Of a stretch of DNA of 64,000 nt, positions 1 to 11,569 are shown one piece after another. The notes beneath the pieces are model-generated. The model was given only the letters and a program-made list of their open reading frames with translations, searched no databases and was not told the DNA's origin. The DNA is from Mobula hypostoma. Taxonomy: Eukaryota. The translations under genes were made by a program, and so were the position numbers. Each line of letters opens with the position of its first letter. Positions within the stretch are counted from its first letter, which is position 1. The stretch lies in the NCBI RefSeq assembly GCF_963921235.1, contig NC_086097.1, positions 230,146,001 to 230,210,000 on the forward strand, given 5' to 3'.

Positions 1-387
1 TCTCCAGCAATGGAAAAGAGACTAGAAGCAGCTGAATTATGGTTCTACGGGAGAATGTTAAAAATATCATGGACCACACACACATCAAATGAAGAAGTTC
101 TCAGAAGAGCCCAAGCAGTTCGATCACTCATACCAACAAGAGAGAAAGACAACTCAGATTCCGAGGACACATCATGTGGAAAGATGAACTAGAAAAACTC
201 ATACTCTCTGGAAAGATTGAGGGGAGTAAACCTGGAGGAAGACCTCGGCTTATGTACATCAAAAGCCTAGCCAGGTGGCTACACATCGAGGAAATGGAAG
301 TCATCCAAAAAAACGAAGGATAGATCTATATGGAAAACCATGGTCACCAAAGTCTGCATTGGATATGGTACCTAGACAGACAGATAG
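1..387 (+). mobile_element. RTE-like LINE 3' fragment (decayed)
   Basis: Translation EKRLEAAELWFYGRMLKISWT..SNEEVL resembles the RTE-clade ORF C-terminus; it ends in a short (AGAC)n tail. Confidence 0.65.
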
Positions 388-1120
388 TCCTTCCAGGTGA
401 GGCGACACTTCACCTGTGAGTCGGCTGGGGTGATATACTGCGTCCGGTGCTCCCGATGCGGCCTTCTATATATTGGCGAGACCTGACGCAGACTGGGAGA
501 CCATTTCACTGAACACCCATGCTCTGTCCACCAGAGAAAGCAGGATCTCCCAGTGGCCACACATTTTAATTCCACGTCCCATTCCCATTCCGATATGTCT
601 ATCCACGGCCTCCTCTACTGTCAAGATGAAGCCACACTCAGGTTGGAGGAACAACACCTTATATTCCGTCTGGGTAGCCTCCAACTTGATGGCATGAGCA
701 TTGATTTCCCTAACTTCCATTAATGCCCCACCTCCCCCCCATACCCCATCTGTTATTTATTTATTTATTTTATAATTCTTTCTCTCTCTCTCCTCCTTCT
801 CCCTCTGTCCCTCTCACTATACCCCTTGCCCATCTTCTGGGCTTCCCCCTCCCCCTTTTCTTTCTCCCTGGGCCTCCTGTCCCATGATCCTCTCGTATCC
901 TCTTTGCCAATCACCTGTCCAGCTCTTGGCTCCATCCCTCCCCCTCCTGTCTTCTCCTATCATTTTGGATATCCCCCTCCCCCTCCCACTTTCAAATCTC
1001 TTACTAACTCTTCCTTCAGTTAGTCCTGACGAAGGGTCTCAGCCCGAAACGTCGACTGTACCTCTTCCTAGAGATGCTGCCTGGCCTGCTGCGTTCACCA
1101 GCAAATTTTATGCGTGTTGC
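388..1120 (+). mobile_element. Penelope-like element 3' part (GIY-YIG endonuclease remnant + terminal region)
   Basis: Reads HFTCESAGVIYCVRCSRCGLLYIGET*RRLGDHFTEH...PVATHFNS...LRLEEQHLIFRLGSLQ, followed by a CT-rich tract and a hammerhead motif. Confidence 0.9.
1022..1057 (+). ncRNA. Minimal type I hammerhead ribozyme motif
   Basis: AGTC-CTGACGA-A-GGG(TCTCAG)CCC-GAAAC-GTC-GACT: core boxes intact, helix I AGTC/GACT, helix II GGG/CCC, palindromic ACGT helix III. Confidence 0.8.
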
Positions 1121-1264
1121 CAGACAGTCAATCACATTATATTTTAGAATATTTAATTATGTGTTCAAATTTTCAGAACAACTTGGATGATACTCTCAAA
1201 CTATGTAGTTGTATGTTAAATTTCACGTAATTTTTTTGTTTGTGAGGAATTGATTTGAAATTTT

Positions 1265-1750
1265 AGACCTTAAGACATAGAGGGAGTATTGGGCCATTTG
1301 GCCCACTGAGTCTGCTCCACTATTTCATCACGGCTGATTTATTATCCCTCTCAACCCCATTTTTCTGCCTTCTCCCTGTATCCTTTGACACCCTTACTAT
1401 TCAAGAACCTATCTACCACCACTTTAAATCACCCAATGACTTGGCTGCCACAACCATCTATGACTATTAATTTCATAGATTTACCACCCTCTGGCTAAAG
1501 AAATTCCGCAACATCTCTGTTCTGAAGTGACTTGTAAATTGAGGCTGTGCCCTCGGGTATCAGACGCCCACACATCCTCTCCACATCCATCTTTCAATAT
1601 CCAGGAGGTTTCATTCTTCTGAACTCCAGCAAGTACAGGTCTAAAACCATCAAACGCTCTTAATACATTAAGCCATTAATTTGTGGAATCATTTTTATGA
1701 ACCTCGGGACCCTTTCCAATGTCAGCACATCCTTTCTTAGATTGGGGGCT
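1265..1750 (-). mobile_element. CR1 LINE 3' fragment (decayed)
   Basis: Similar to the CR1 3' ORF2/UTR copies elsewhere in the window (GGCCATTTGGCCC hairpin, AGATTTACCACCCTCTGGCTAAAGAAATT). Confidence 0.8.
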
Positions 1751-1751
1751 A

Positions 1752-2282
1752 TTAGGAATTTGAGGAGAATTGGTATGTCACCAAAGACACTTGCAGATTT
1801 CTACACATGTACTGTGGAGAGCATTCTATGTGATTGCATCACCGTCTGGTGCGGGGGGGGAGGTGGGTGGCACTGCACAAGATCGGGAAAAACTGCAGGA
1901 AGCTGCCAGTTCCGTCATGGGTACTAGTCTCCCCAGAATCCAGGCACCTTCAAAGGGCGATGTCTCAAAAAGCTGATGTCCATCATTAAGGACTCCCATC
2001 AGCCAGGACTTGCCCTCTTTTCATTGCTACTATCATGGAGGAGGTAGAGGGGCCTAAAAACATGCACTCAATGTTTCAGGAACAGTTTCTTCTCTCTGCC
2101 GTCAGATTTCTGAATGGACAGTGAACCCATGAACACTACCTCAGTATATTTTTCCCTCTTTTTTTGCATTACTTATTTAATTTTTATATACTTATTATAA
2201 TATATAGTTTTTATTATGTTTTGCAATGTACTCCCAACAAATTTCATGACACATGCCCGTGATATTAAACCTGATTCAGATT
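1752..2282 (+). mobile_element. Rex1/Babar LINE 3' fragment
   Basis: Reads LRRIGMSPKTLADFYTCTVESILCDCITVW, homologous to the C-terminus at 54808-55497; ends in ATTAAACCTGATTCAGATTC. Confidence 0.8.
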
Positions 2283-2914
2283 CATTTGGAGCAATTAATT
2301 GTATTTATTGACGTCTTTCAGCAATGATAAAAAAAAATCTCAGTTCTTCATGAAGTTACAAGGGGAAGCAATGGACATTTCAGGTTCAGATTTTTTAATT
2401 ACATGTACATCGAAACAGAGTGTGAAATGCCATTTGTGTGATTAACAGCACACCAAGGGATCTACTGGGGGCAGTCTGCAAGTGTCACCACAGGTTTTGG
2501 TGCTAACATAGCATGCCCTCCGTGAATATCTCAGAACACAACAAAACAGAACATAGAGTTTGTGGAACAAACTGGAAACAGAACTTTGTCTGCATGTGAT
2601 GTTTGGCCTGATTTCTGAAGCAAAACATTTTATTATCCTTGGAATTCTTTACTTACCTCCAGTCTTTTTAGAGGTGCCATGGGGGGGTGGGGGAGAAGAA
2701 GCAACTAAATAGTATTGGATAACCGTTAGTGCATAAGTATTTACACTATTTTGAAGATGATATGGATAATTGGGAAAATTAAATGAGCAACTTCATAATT
2801 TATCAAAATCATCAATCAATGAGAGTTGTGTTTTCAAGCCACAGAGAATCCTGACAAGCGTTTGCACTTGAATAATAAAGACACCAATAATCATATTTGT
2901 AAAGAAAGGTAGCA

Positions 2915-4225
2915 AGGCAGGTCAAGGGAGACTGACTTTAGTTGTAGGGAAGTTACTGGGGGGAATTCTGAGGGATAAGATCAGCCATCACTGGGATAGT
3001 CAAAGCCTGATCAAAAATAGTCATCGTTTTGTGCATGGGAGATCATAAGAGATAACTAGGGATAGATGAAGGTCGAGGGACGGATGTTGTCTACTTCAGT
3101 AAGGCCTTTGACAGAATCCACATGGTAGGCTGATCTGGAAGTTTAGGTCACGTGGGATTCAGAGGAAGCTAGTGAGGTGGATTCAGGGTTGGCCCAGTGA
3201 TAGAAAGCAGAGGATAATGGTTGAAGGTCAATTCATTGACTGGAAGTCTATGACTAGTGGAGTGCCCCAGGAGTCAAGTTAAGGACCTCTGTTATTCATT
3301 ATTTATATAAATGTTTTGAATGTGAATGTACATAAGCATGATCAGCAAGTTTGCTGATATTAAAATAGGAGTTCTTGTTGATAATGGAGCAGGTTATAAT
3401 GAATTACAAAGAGATCCTGATCAGTTAGGGAGATGGGCTAAGGAATAGCAAACAGATTTGAACTTGGATAAGGGTGAGATGTTCCATTTTGGACATTCAA
3501 ACCCGGTAGGATCAATACAGTGAATGGCAGAGCACTCTCGAATACTGTATTGTAGAACAGAGGAAGCTGGATATACGAGTGCAAGGTTTACTGAAAGCAG
3601 CCACACAAGTAGACAGTGTGGTGAAGAAGCCCCCAGCATGCTGGCATTCAGTAGTCAGGGCATCCAGTTTAGGAGAAGGGACATTATATTGCAGTTATAC
3701 AAGTCGCTGCTGAGGCTGCGTTTGGAGTATTGTGTAGAGTTTTGGTCACCCTGTTATAGGGAAGACATTGTCAAGATGGAGAGGGTACAGAAAAGAATTA
3801 TGATACTGCCTGGACAAGAGAACCTGAGTTATAGGGAGAAGCTGGCCACTCTGGATCTTTATTACTTGGGGCATAGGAGAGTGAGGGATGACCTCACAGA
3901 AGTTTATAAAATCATGAAAGATATGGATAAGATGCACGGCCAATTTTGAGAAGTCCAAAATTAAATAGCAAAGATACAAGGTGAGTGGAGGATTTTAAGG
4001 GAGGCCAGAGGGTAGGGTTTACCAGGAATGAACTGCCAGAGAATGTGATTAAGGCAAGTGAAACTGCAACGTTTGAGAAGTATTTGGATATTACGTGGAG
4101 GGAGGGGCCTGGAGAATTAGGGGTCAAATGCAGGCAACTGGGACTAGTAGGGAGGATGTTGTGGGTCAACATGGACCAGTTGGGCCGAAGGGCCTGTTTC
4201 CATGCTGTGTTGCTCAATGACCCTA
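2915..4225 (+). mobile_element. CR1 LINE RT/3' fragment (decayed)
   Basis: Reads LQLYKSLLRLRLEYCVEFWSPCYREDI; upstream FSKAFD and SGVPQ remnants contain stops and frameshifts. Confidence 0.85.
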
Positions 4226-4474
4226 CAATCTGTGGGACTATTCCATAGCCAGTAAATTATAAACAGATACCAGGCCACACTCTTTGCTGTGATGTATGAC
4301 TGGCTATTCAGCATGATCAAGGCTGATTAGCTATCTCAGTATCATGTTCCCCCTCTCTCCTAATGGCCCTTGATATCTTTTGAAACTGGAAATTTACCTT
4401 TCTCTGTAAATATATCCTGCAACTTAGCCACCTCTGGCAGCAGTGGAAAGTGTCACAAGTGTGGCATTTATTTA

Positions 4475-5110
4475 GGATTCCAGATTGTTTAATGTCATTT
4501 CCAGTACGTAAGTGTAAAGGAGAATGAAATAATTGTTACTCCAGATCGGATGCAGCACAAAAGGAAACAATAAGATAAGAACACAATGATAAAAAGACAT
4601 TGATTGTATGTCTATAAATTGGCGCTAGGCACAAGAATGTCTGTTCATAAGGTGATTCTGACAGGAAATGATGAAGTGGTCATGGTAGGGGGTTTGGTGA
4701 GTTGGAGTTGTTGATCGGACTGTTTTTGAGTCTGGTGGACCTGGCTTGGATGCTACATAGTCTTCTCCTTGATGGGAGTGTGATAAGTAGTCCATGAGCA
4801 GGGTGGGTGGGATTCTTCAAGATGTTACTGGGCCTTTTCCAGTACCTTTTTGTATATACAGTGTGTCCTTGTGACAGGTAGGTTGGCGCAGGTGTTGCAT
4901 TGGACAGTTTTGACTTTTGCTGCATGATACAGAAACTGCACTGTGGTAAACAGGAGGGCTGGTGCCAGTGATGCATTGAACAGCTTAGACAATTGCTGCA
5001 TGATACAGAAACTGCACTGTAGAGGGAGGACAGGAAAGCTCTGCAGTGGATGGTCAAAATTACCTGCCTTCCTGTCCACCACAGTGCAGTTCCTGTAATG
5101 TGCAGCAATT
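4475..5110 (-). mobile_element. Rex1/Babar LINE 3' fragment
   Basis: Reads NILKNPTHPAHGLLITLPSRRRLCSIQARSTRLKNS. Confidence 0.75.
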
Positions 5111-5707
5111 GTTGGCATCACCTGCTCAGTTTGTTTAACTTAGATAAACTTTGCAAGTATCAATTAGATCAGCTCTCATTCTTCAAATGAATATAAACCT
5201 AGTCAACTTTATTTCTCCTCCTATGGCAAGTTCATCCATTTTTCAACTCAATCTATAGGGAGTTGCACTATCTTCATAGAAATAAATTCACCTACTCCGT
5301 ATAAATATGCCTCAGGCTAGTGAAGCCGAATTTAAAAACAGAACTTAATCACAAACACTAGGTGTATCTTATATTTTATTTATTTTTGAAGAACAAGTTA
5401 TTTCGCGCCAACCTTAGCTTGGCATGGGATGTAATTAGAACTGAAATTTTAGATTTTCTTATGCCTAACTTCTCTAGCTTGAGTACTTTCAGAGTTATCA
5501 TTTATGAATTTTCTTTCCACTTTGCAGTCCATTTCATTCCAAAACAAACCTAGTTCCTATATTTGTAGAAAAATTAATTACTCAAATTGTTTAAAGATGT
5601 AAGTTATTTGAATGCCCAGAAAAAATATGGAGGTCTCATGGCTTGGCTTCTTTATTTTAGGATTCAGTAACTATAACTAACATCATTTATTTTTCACCAT
5701 TTAACAG

Positions 5708-5835
5708 ATGATGGAGAAAACTTGATAATGAAGTCAGCAAACTTGACAAACAGAGAGATGCTATCATTTTTCAATGAGAGGTGTATTGCCAAAGACCCCA
5801 AGGCAGAAGAGGCGGGACAAAAAAAAGCTAACTAA
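5708..5835 (+). CDS. Possible terminal coding exon of an unidentified host gene
   Basis: Non-repetitive DNA. Branch-point-like CTAAC at 5677-5681, pyrimidine tract and CAG acceptor at 5705-5707. The frame (D)DGENLIMKSANLTNREMLSFFNERCIAKDPKAEEAGQKKAN* is open to TAA 5833-5835, and AATAAA lies at 6152-6157. I do not recognise the peptide. Confidence 0.3.
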
Positions 5836-6237
5836 GTTACATTAACATCTGTGATAATGTTTTCACTGGAAATTCAAGCCTGATGAAGTGACAAAGACTT
5901 TGTATTTGTTTAATTTAAAGCTGCAGCTAAAGCATTTACGTAATATACTGTCCAGTACAATGAAGCTCCTTTCAGTTCATCATTCAATGGAATTCTGAGT
6001 CATGATTTTAGAATTTATGTCCTTCAAAGCTGTGTCCAATAGGATCTGGATTAAGTAGGAATTTGAAAATTTGTAATAACTCGGCAACTGCTAGCAGAAC
6101 ACCCTATTGTGAATAGTGACATATATAATCCTTATTGTACATATTGACTACAATAAAACATTTTGTCTTGGTTATGATTACTCAATTTCTTTAGTGATCA
6201 CTATTTTCATATTTGACTTATGGCATTGTTTTATATA

Positions 6238-7214
6238 TAGAAAACATAGAAAATAGGTGCAGGAGTAGGCCATTCGGCCCTTCGAGCCTGCACCGCCATT
6301 TATTATGATCATGGCTGATCATCCAACTCAGAACCCCACTCCAGCCTTCCCTCCATACCCCCTGATCCCCGTAGCCACAAGGGCCATATCTAACTCCCTC
6401 TTAAATATAGCCAATGAACTGGCCTCAACTGTTTCCTGTGGCAGAAAATTCCACAGATTCACCACTCTCTGTGTGAAGAAGTTTTTCCTAATCTTGGTCC
6501 TAAAAGGCTTCCCCTTTATCCTCAAACTGTGACCCCTCGTTCTGGACTTCTCCAACATCGGGAACAATCTTCCTGCATCTAGCCTGTCCAATCCTTCTAG
6601 GATTTTATACGTTTCAATCAGATCCCCCCTCGATCTTCTAAATTCCAACGAGTACAAGCCCAGTTCATCCAGTCTTTCTTCATATGAAAGTCCTGCCATC
6701 CCAGGAATCAATCTGGTGAACCTTCTTTGTACTCCCTCTATGGCAAGGATGTCTTTCCTCAGATTAGGGGACCAAAACTGCACACAATACTCCAGGTGTG
6801 GTCTCACCAAGGCCTTGTACAACTGCAGTAGTACCTCCCTGCTCCTGTACTCGAATCCTCTCGCTATAAATGCCAGCATACCATTCGCCTTTTTCACCGC
6901 CTGCTGTACCTGCATGCCCACTTTCAATGACTGGTGTGTAATGACACCCAGGTCTCGTTGCACCTCCCCTTTTCCTAATCGGCCACCATTCAGATAATAA
7001 TCTGTTTTCCTATTTTTGCCACCAAAGTGGATAACTTCACATTTATCCACATTAAATTGCATCTGCCATGAATTTGCCCACTCACCCAACCTATCCAAGT
7101 CACTCTGCATCCTCTTAGCATCCTTCTCACAGCTAACACTGCCACCCAGCTTCATGTCATCCGCAAACTTGGAGATGCTGCATTTAATTCCCTCATCCAA
7201 GTCATTAATATATA
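6238..7214 (-). mobile_element. Young 5'-truncated CR1 LINE
   Basis: ORF 6328-7200 (KFADD..LYKALVRPHLEYCVQFWSP) with 3' UTR and tail; nearly identical to 14315-15290. Confidence 0.95.
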
Positions 7215-7954
7215 TATATGTAACAGAAAGTCTGAAATAAGGCCAAGGAGAACAGAAAAGATACCTACAGTGACATAACCTGCTTTCGGATTTGGATTTT
7301 TAAAAAAATGTGAAATGTATTAATTTTAAGTATTGTAATTTTTTTAAACCTAAGACATTCTTTCCAATGAATAAAATTAGCAGTTTGCTTGACAAGTTGT
7401 TTGTTACTACCTTTTGTAGAACTTGTGTTTCAGCATATTTATATTTCCTGAAATAACATGGTAGCCAAAATTTTCTTCAGATCACTGTAAATTAAAGGGA
7501 TTTTCTTCATTGTTATGTTACCTAAAAAACCCCCAGCACATAAGGGAAAATAGAGCATGAAAATCCTATGCCTATTTATGACATGCAAATTTACTTAAGG
7601 CGTCATTTACTTAAGTATTTTCTCTGAGACGGGAACATTCTTCCCATAAGTGATAATTCACATCCTGCAATATTCTAAAATAATTCCATAAACTCACCAC
7701 TTGACTTAGTTTGAATGGAGCTAACAAAAACTCATAAGCAGATATTTGCATCAGTATTCTGCCAATTTAATAATTTACATTTTCTACAAAGCCTATTTTA
7801 TTTTGGCAATTTTCAGGTGGTTGTGGATTATTTGGGGGGTGTGGGGAAGGAAACATCCTGATTGTGAATTCTATCTTTCCGGGGCTCATCTTACTGAGTT
7901 ACCAAACTGCCAGTGGTAGTGAAAAGGAGATCAAGCAGGCTTCAATTCTACTGG

Positions 7955-9265
7955 TTGGTGCCCAAGAAGAGAATAGTAACTTGTCAAAGTGACTATTGCC
8001 CAGTAACACTTAACATCCACAGTGATGAAGTGTTTTGAGAGGCTGGTTTTGATGCAAATCAGCTTCTGTCTTGAGTGGCAACTTGGATCTGCGCCAATTT
8101 GTCTACTGAAGCAACAGGTCTATCTTGTTGGCTCTTCACAAAACCCTGAAACACCTGGACAGAATGCTCTTTATCGATTACAGCTTGGCATTTAACACCA
8201 TCCTCTCCTCAAATCTAATCAGTAAACTCCAAGACCTGGGTATCAATATCCCCTTGTTTAATTGGACTCTGGATTTCCTCACTTATAGACCCCCGTCAGT
8301 TCGGATTGGCAAAAGTATCTCCATAATTTCCAACAGCACAGGAGCACCATGGGAATGTATGTTTAGCCCCCTGCTCTACTCACTTTACACCTATATACAG
8401 TTTGGCTAAATACAGTTCCAACACCATATACAAGTTTGCTGACGATACCACTGTTGTGGGCTGCACCAAAGGAGGTGATGAATCAGCATACGGGAGGGAA
8501 ATTGAAAACTTGGCTGAGTGGTGTAATAACAAACTCCCACTCAAGACCAAGAAACTGATTGTAGACTTTGGGGGAGGGAAACTAAAGGTCCATGAGCCAG
8601 TGATCATCGGGAGATCAGAGGTGGAGAGGGTTTAATTTCTGGGTGTCACTATCTCAGAGGATCTATCCTGGACCCAGCATATAAATATTATTGCAAAGAA
8701 AGCACAACAGCGCCTCTACTTCCTCAGGAGTCTGCATAGTTTTGGCATGTGATCAAGAACTTTGGCAAACTAATGTAGATGTCTGGTGGAAAGGCTGCTG
8801 GCTGGCTGCATTACAGCCTGGTATGGGAATACCAATATCTTTGAGCGGAAGATCCTACAAAAGGTAGTGGATTCAGCCCAGTACATCAAGGGTAAAACTC
8901 TCCCAACTATTGAGCACATCTACATGAAATGCTGCAGTAGAAAAGAAGCATCAATCATTAAAGATCTTTACCTCCCAGCCTTTACACTTTTCTCACTTTT
9001 TCTCATCAGGTAGAAAGTACAGGTGCCTCAGGACTCACACCACCAGGTTCAAGAACAGTTACTACCCCTCAACCATCAGGCTGTTGAACAAAAGGGGGTG
9101 GCTACACTCACCTGAGAATTCTGCTATATTGTTATTTATTTATATCTGCATTTGCACAGTTTGTTAACAGTTCCTGATGTTTGCAGTTTACAGCTACTAT
9201 TCTATAGATGTGTTAAGTATGTGGTATGTGTGTACTCTGATAATAAATTTAACTTTGAACTTTGA
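7955..9265 (+). mobile_element. Rex1/Babar LINE RT + 3' end (decayed)
   Basis: Reads [33 protein letters not shown] and CITAWYG; tail GATAATAAATTTAACTTTGAACTTTGAA. Confidence 0.9.
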
Positions 9266-9299
9266 ATTGTGAATAATAAGATCAACCCCCTACTTCTCA

Positions 9300-9690
9300 G
9301 GTTTGTGATCATGGGCACTAGCCTCTAGTATCCAGGATGTCTTCAAGGAGTGATGCCTCAGAAAGGTGGCGTCCATTATCAAGGACCTCCATCACCTCAG
9401 TCATGCCTTATTTTCATTGCCACCATCAGGAAGGAGGTACAGAAGCATGAAGGCACACACTCAGTGATTCAGGAACAGTTTCTTCCCCTCTGTTGTCTGA
9501 TTTTGGAATAGACATTGAACCCATGAACACAACCACACTACGTTTTAATCTCCATTTTTGTGCTATTTCTTTAATTAGCTATTATATATATGTATTTACT
9601 GTAATTCATGGTTTATTATCATGTATTGTCACAAATTCAACAAATTTTATAACATATGCTGTGATATTAAACCTGATTCTGATTCTGATC
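9300..9690 (+). mobile_element. Rex1/Babar 3' end fragment
   Basis: Homologous to 1915-2282; (CTGATT)n tail. Confidence 0.75.
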
Positions 9691-10117
9691 ACTTGCAGTC
9701 CTACCATAGATTCTATGTGCTACTATAATGAGAGTCATGCAAGTAGCAGAATTTTATTAAATTCTGTAGATCTTCTGGAAGCCTGATTCTTGTTTCTCTA
9801 TCAATTTGGGGTTACCCAGCAGGAGGAGCAATTTTTTTCTCCATTTTGTAGCTGTATGATCTTGTAATCCAAAGAGCAGTGTGGCAGCTAATAACCAGAT
9901 GGCCAAGAGGTAAAGGCTGAAAATCATGGGAGACTGAAGAAGATGATGTGAGGAAGTTCCTAACTGTCTCTCCAGCTGAGAAGAGTAGGGAAATAATGAG
10001 TGTAAGGCCATTTGGAGGTCACTGATCAATGGCTTTAATAAGGACTCTGTTAAATCATAATTTCCAAATTCCTTTGTTTCACCTGCTGAGAGACACCATG
10101 TGACATAATCTCTCACA

Positions 10118-10965
10118 GGAAAACACACAAAACGCTGGAGGAACTCAACGTCTATAGAAAACAGCAAACAGTCGACGTTTCGGGCTAAGACCATTCATCA
10201 GGACTGGAAAAACAGATGAGAAGTCAAAGTAAGAAGGTGGGGGAGGGGAGGAAGGACAAGGTGGTAGGTAATAGGTGAAACCCGGAGGGGGGAAGGGGTG
10301 AAGTAAAGAGCTGGGAAGCTGATCGGTGAAAGTGATAAAAGGCTGGAGAAGGGGAAATTTGATAGGACAGGGTAGAAGACCATGGAAGAAAGGGAAGAGA
10401 GGGAGGAGCACCAGAGGGAGATGATGGGCATGTAAGGAGATGAGGAGAGAGAGGGAAACAGGAATTGGGAGGGCGAGGTGGCAATTATAGGAAATTCCAG
10501 AAATTGATGTTTATGCCATCAGATTGGAGGCTATCTAGATGAAATACAAGGTGTTGCTCCTCCAACCTGAGTGTGGCCTCATCACGGTAGTAGAGGAAAC
10601 CATGGATTGATATATTGGAATGGATATGGGAAGTAGAATTGAAATGGGTATCCACAGGGAGATCCCAATTTTCCTGGCAGATGGAGTGTAGGTGTTCAGT
10701 GAAGCACTCTCTCAATCTACGTCAGGTCTCACTGATACATAGGAGGCCAAATCGAGAGCACTGGATACAGTAGTTATCCCAACAGACTCACAGGTGAATT
10801 TTCACCTCACCTGGAAGGACTCTTTGGGACCCAGAACAGTAGTGAGGGGCAGGTATGGCACTTGTTCCACTTGCAAGGGTAAGTACCAGGAGGGAGATCA
10901 GTGGGGAGGGGCAAATTGACAAGGGAGTTGTGTAGGGAGTGATCCCTGTGGAAAATGTGGGGGAG
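10118..10965 (-). mobile_element. Penelope-like element 3' part
   Basis: Reads FTEHLHS...LPVDTHFNS...EATLRLEEQHLVFHL; a reverse-orientation homolog of 388-1120. Confidence 0.9.
10169..10206 (-). ncRNA. Minimal hammerhead ribozyme motif (helix II weakened)
   Basis: Minus strand reads CAGTC-CTGATGA-ATGGTCTTAGCCC-GAAAC-GTC-GACTG. Confidence 0.7.
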
Positions 10966-11569
10966 GGAGAGTCAATGTTTCTATCCTCCAAACTTTTTAA
11001 ACATGCTTTTGGCAATCTACCAAGCAAAATGAATAGCAATTTTTCCACTTCCTGTCAGACAAGGAACTGCATTATTTCTCAGTATGTTTTCACTTCCTTC
11101 TATGAAAATGATAATGACGTTATTTACAGACTTCATTTAAACTTAGACATGTAATGTTAATTATTTTGTCAATGAACTATCTAACAATTATATAACTAAG
11201 CATCTACCAATGGAGGTTGACTAATGTCTTTAGCCAATTGAAAATATAAAGGGAGACCCATGTATCTCAGCAGATCATTACAAAGCATATTGAAGTTATC
11301 CAACCAATGCAGGAAAAATTATTTTTTGCAGTTTTGCAGAGTCATTAAGATGAAATGTCATCTCTCCATGATGATACGTGACTTGCTGACTTCCTACAGT
11401 ATTTTCTGTTTTTGTGTCAGATTTCCTGCAGTGGCAGTTATTTTGTTCTAATGACTAGAAGTATCATTAAACCACATAATCAAAATAATATATCAGAGGA
11501 ATTAAATAAAATGTAGAGGGCTGTGATGAAATTCTGTCAAATTCACTGTTGGATTCTGTTGCTGGTAAT

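Noticed and set aside
2645..2665. Strong minus-strand splice donor AG|GTAAGT
   Set aside because: No convincing upstream acceptor or open coding frame.
10145..10484. Pro/Ser/Phe-rich ORFs, also seen at 826-1147, 25127-25512 and 58418-58833
   Set aside because: Artefacts of the CT-rich Penelope terminal tract.
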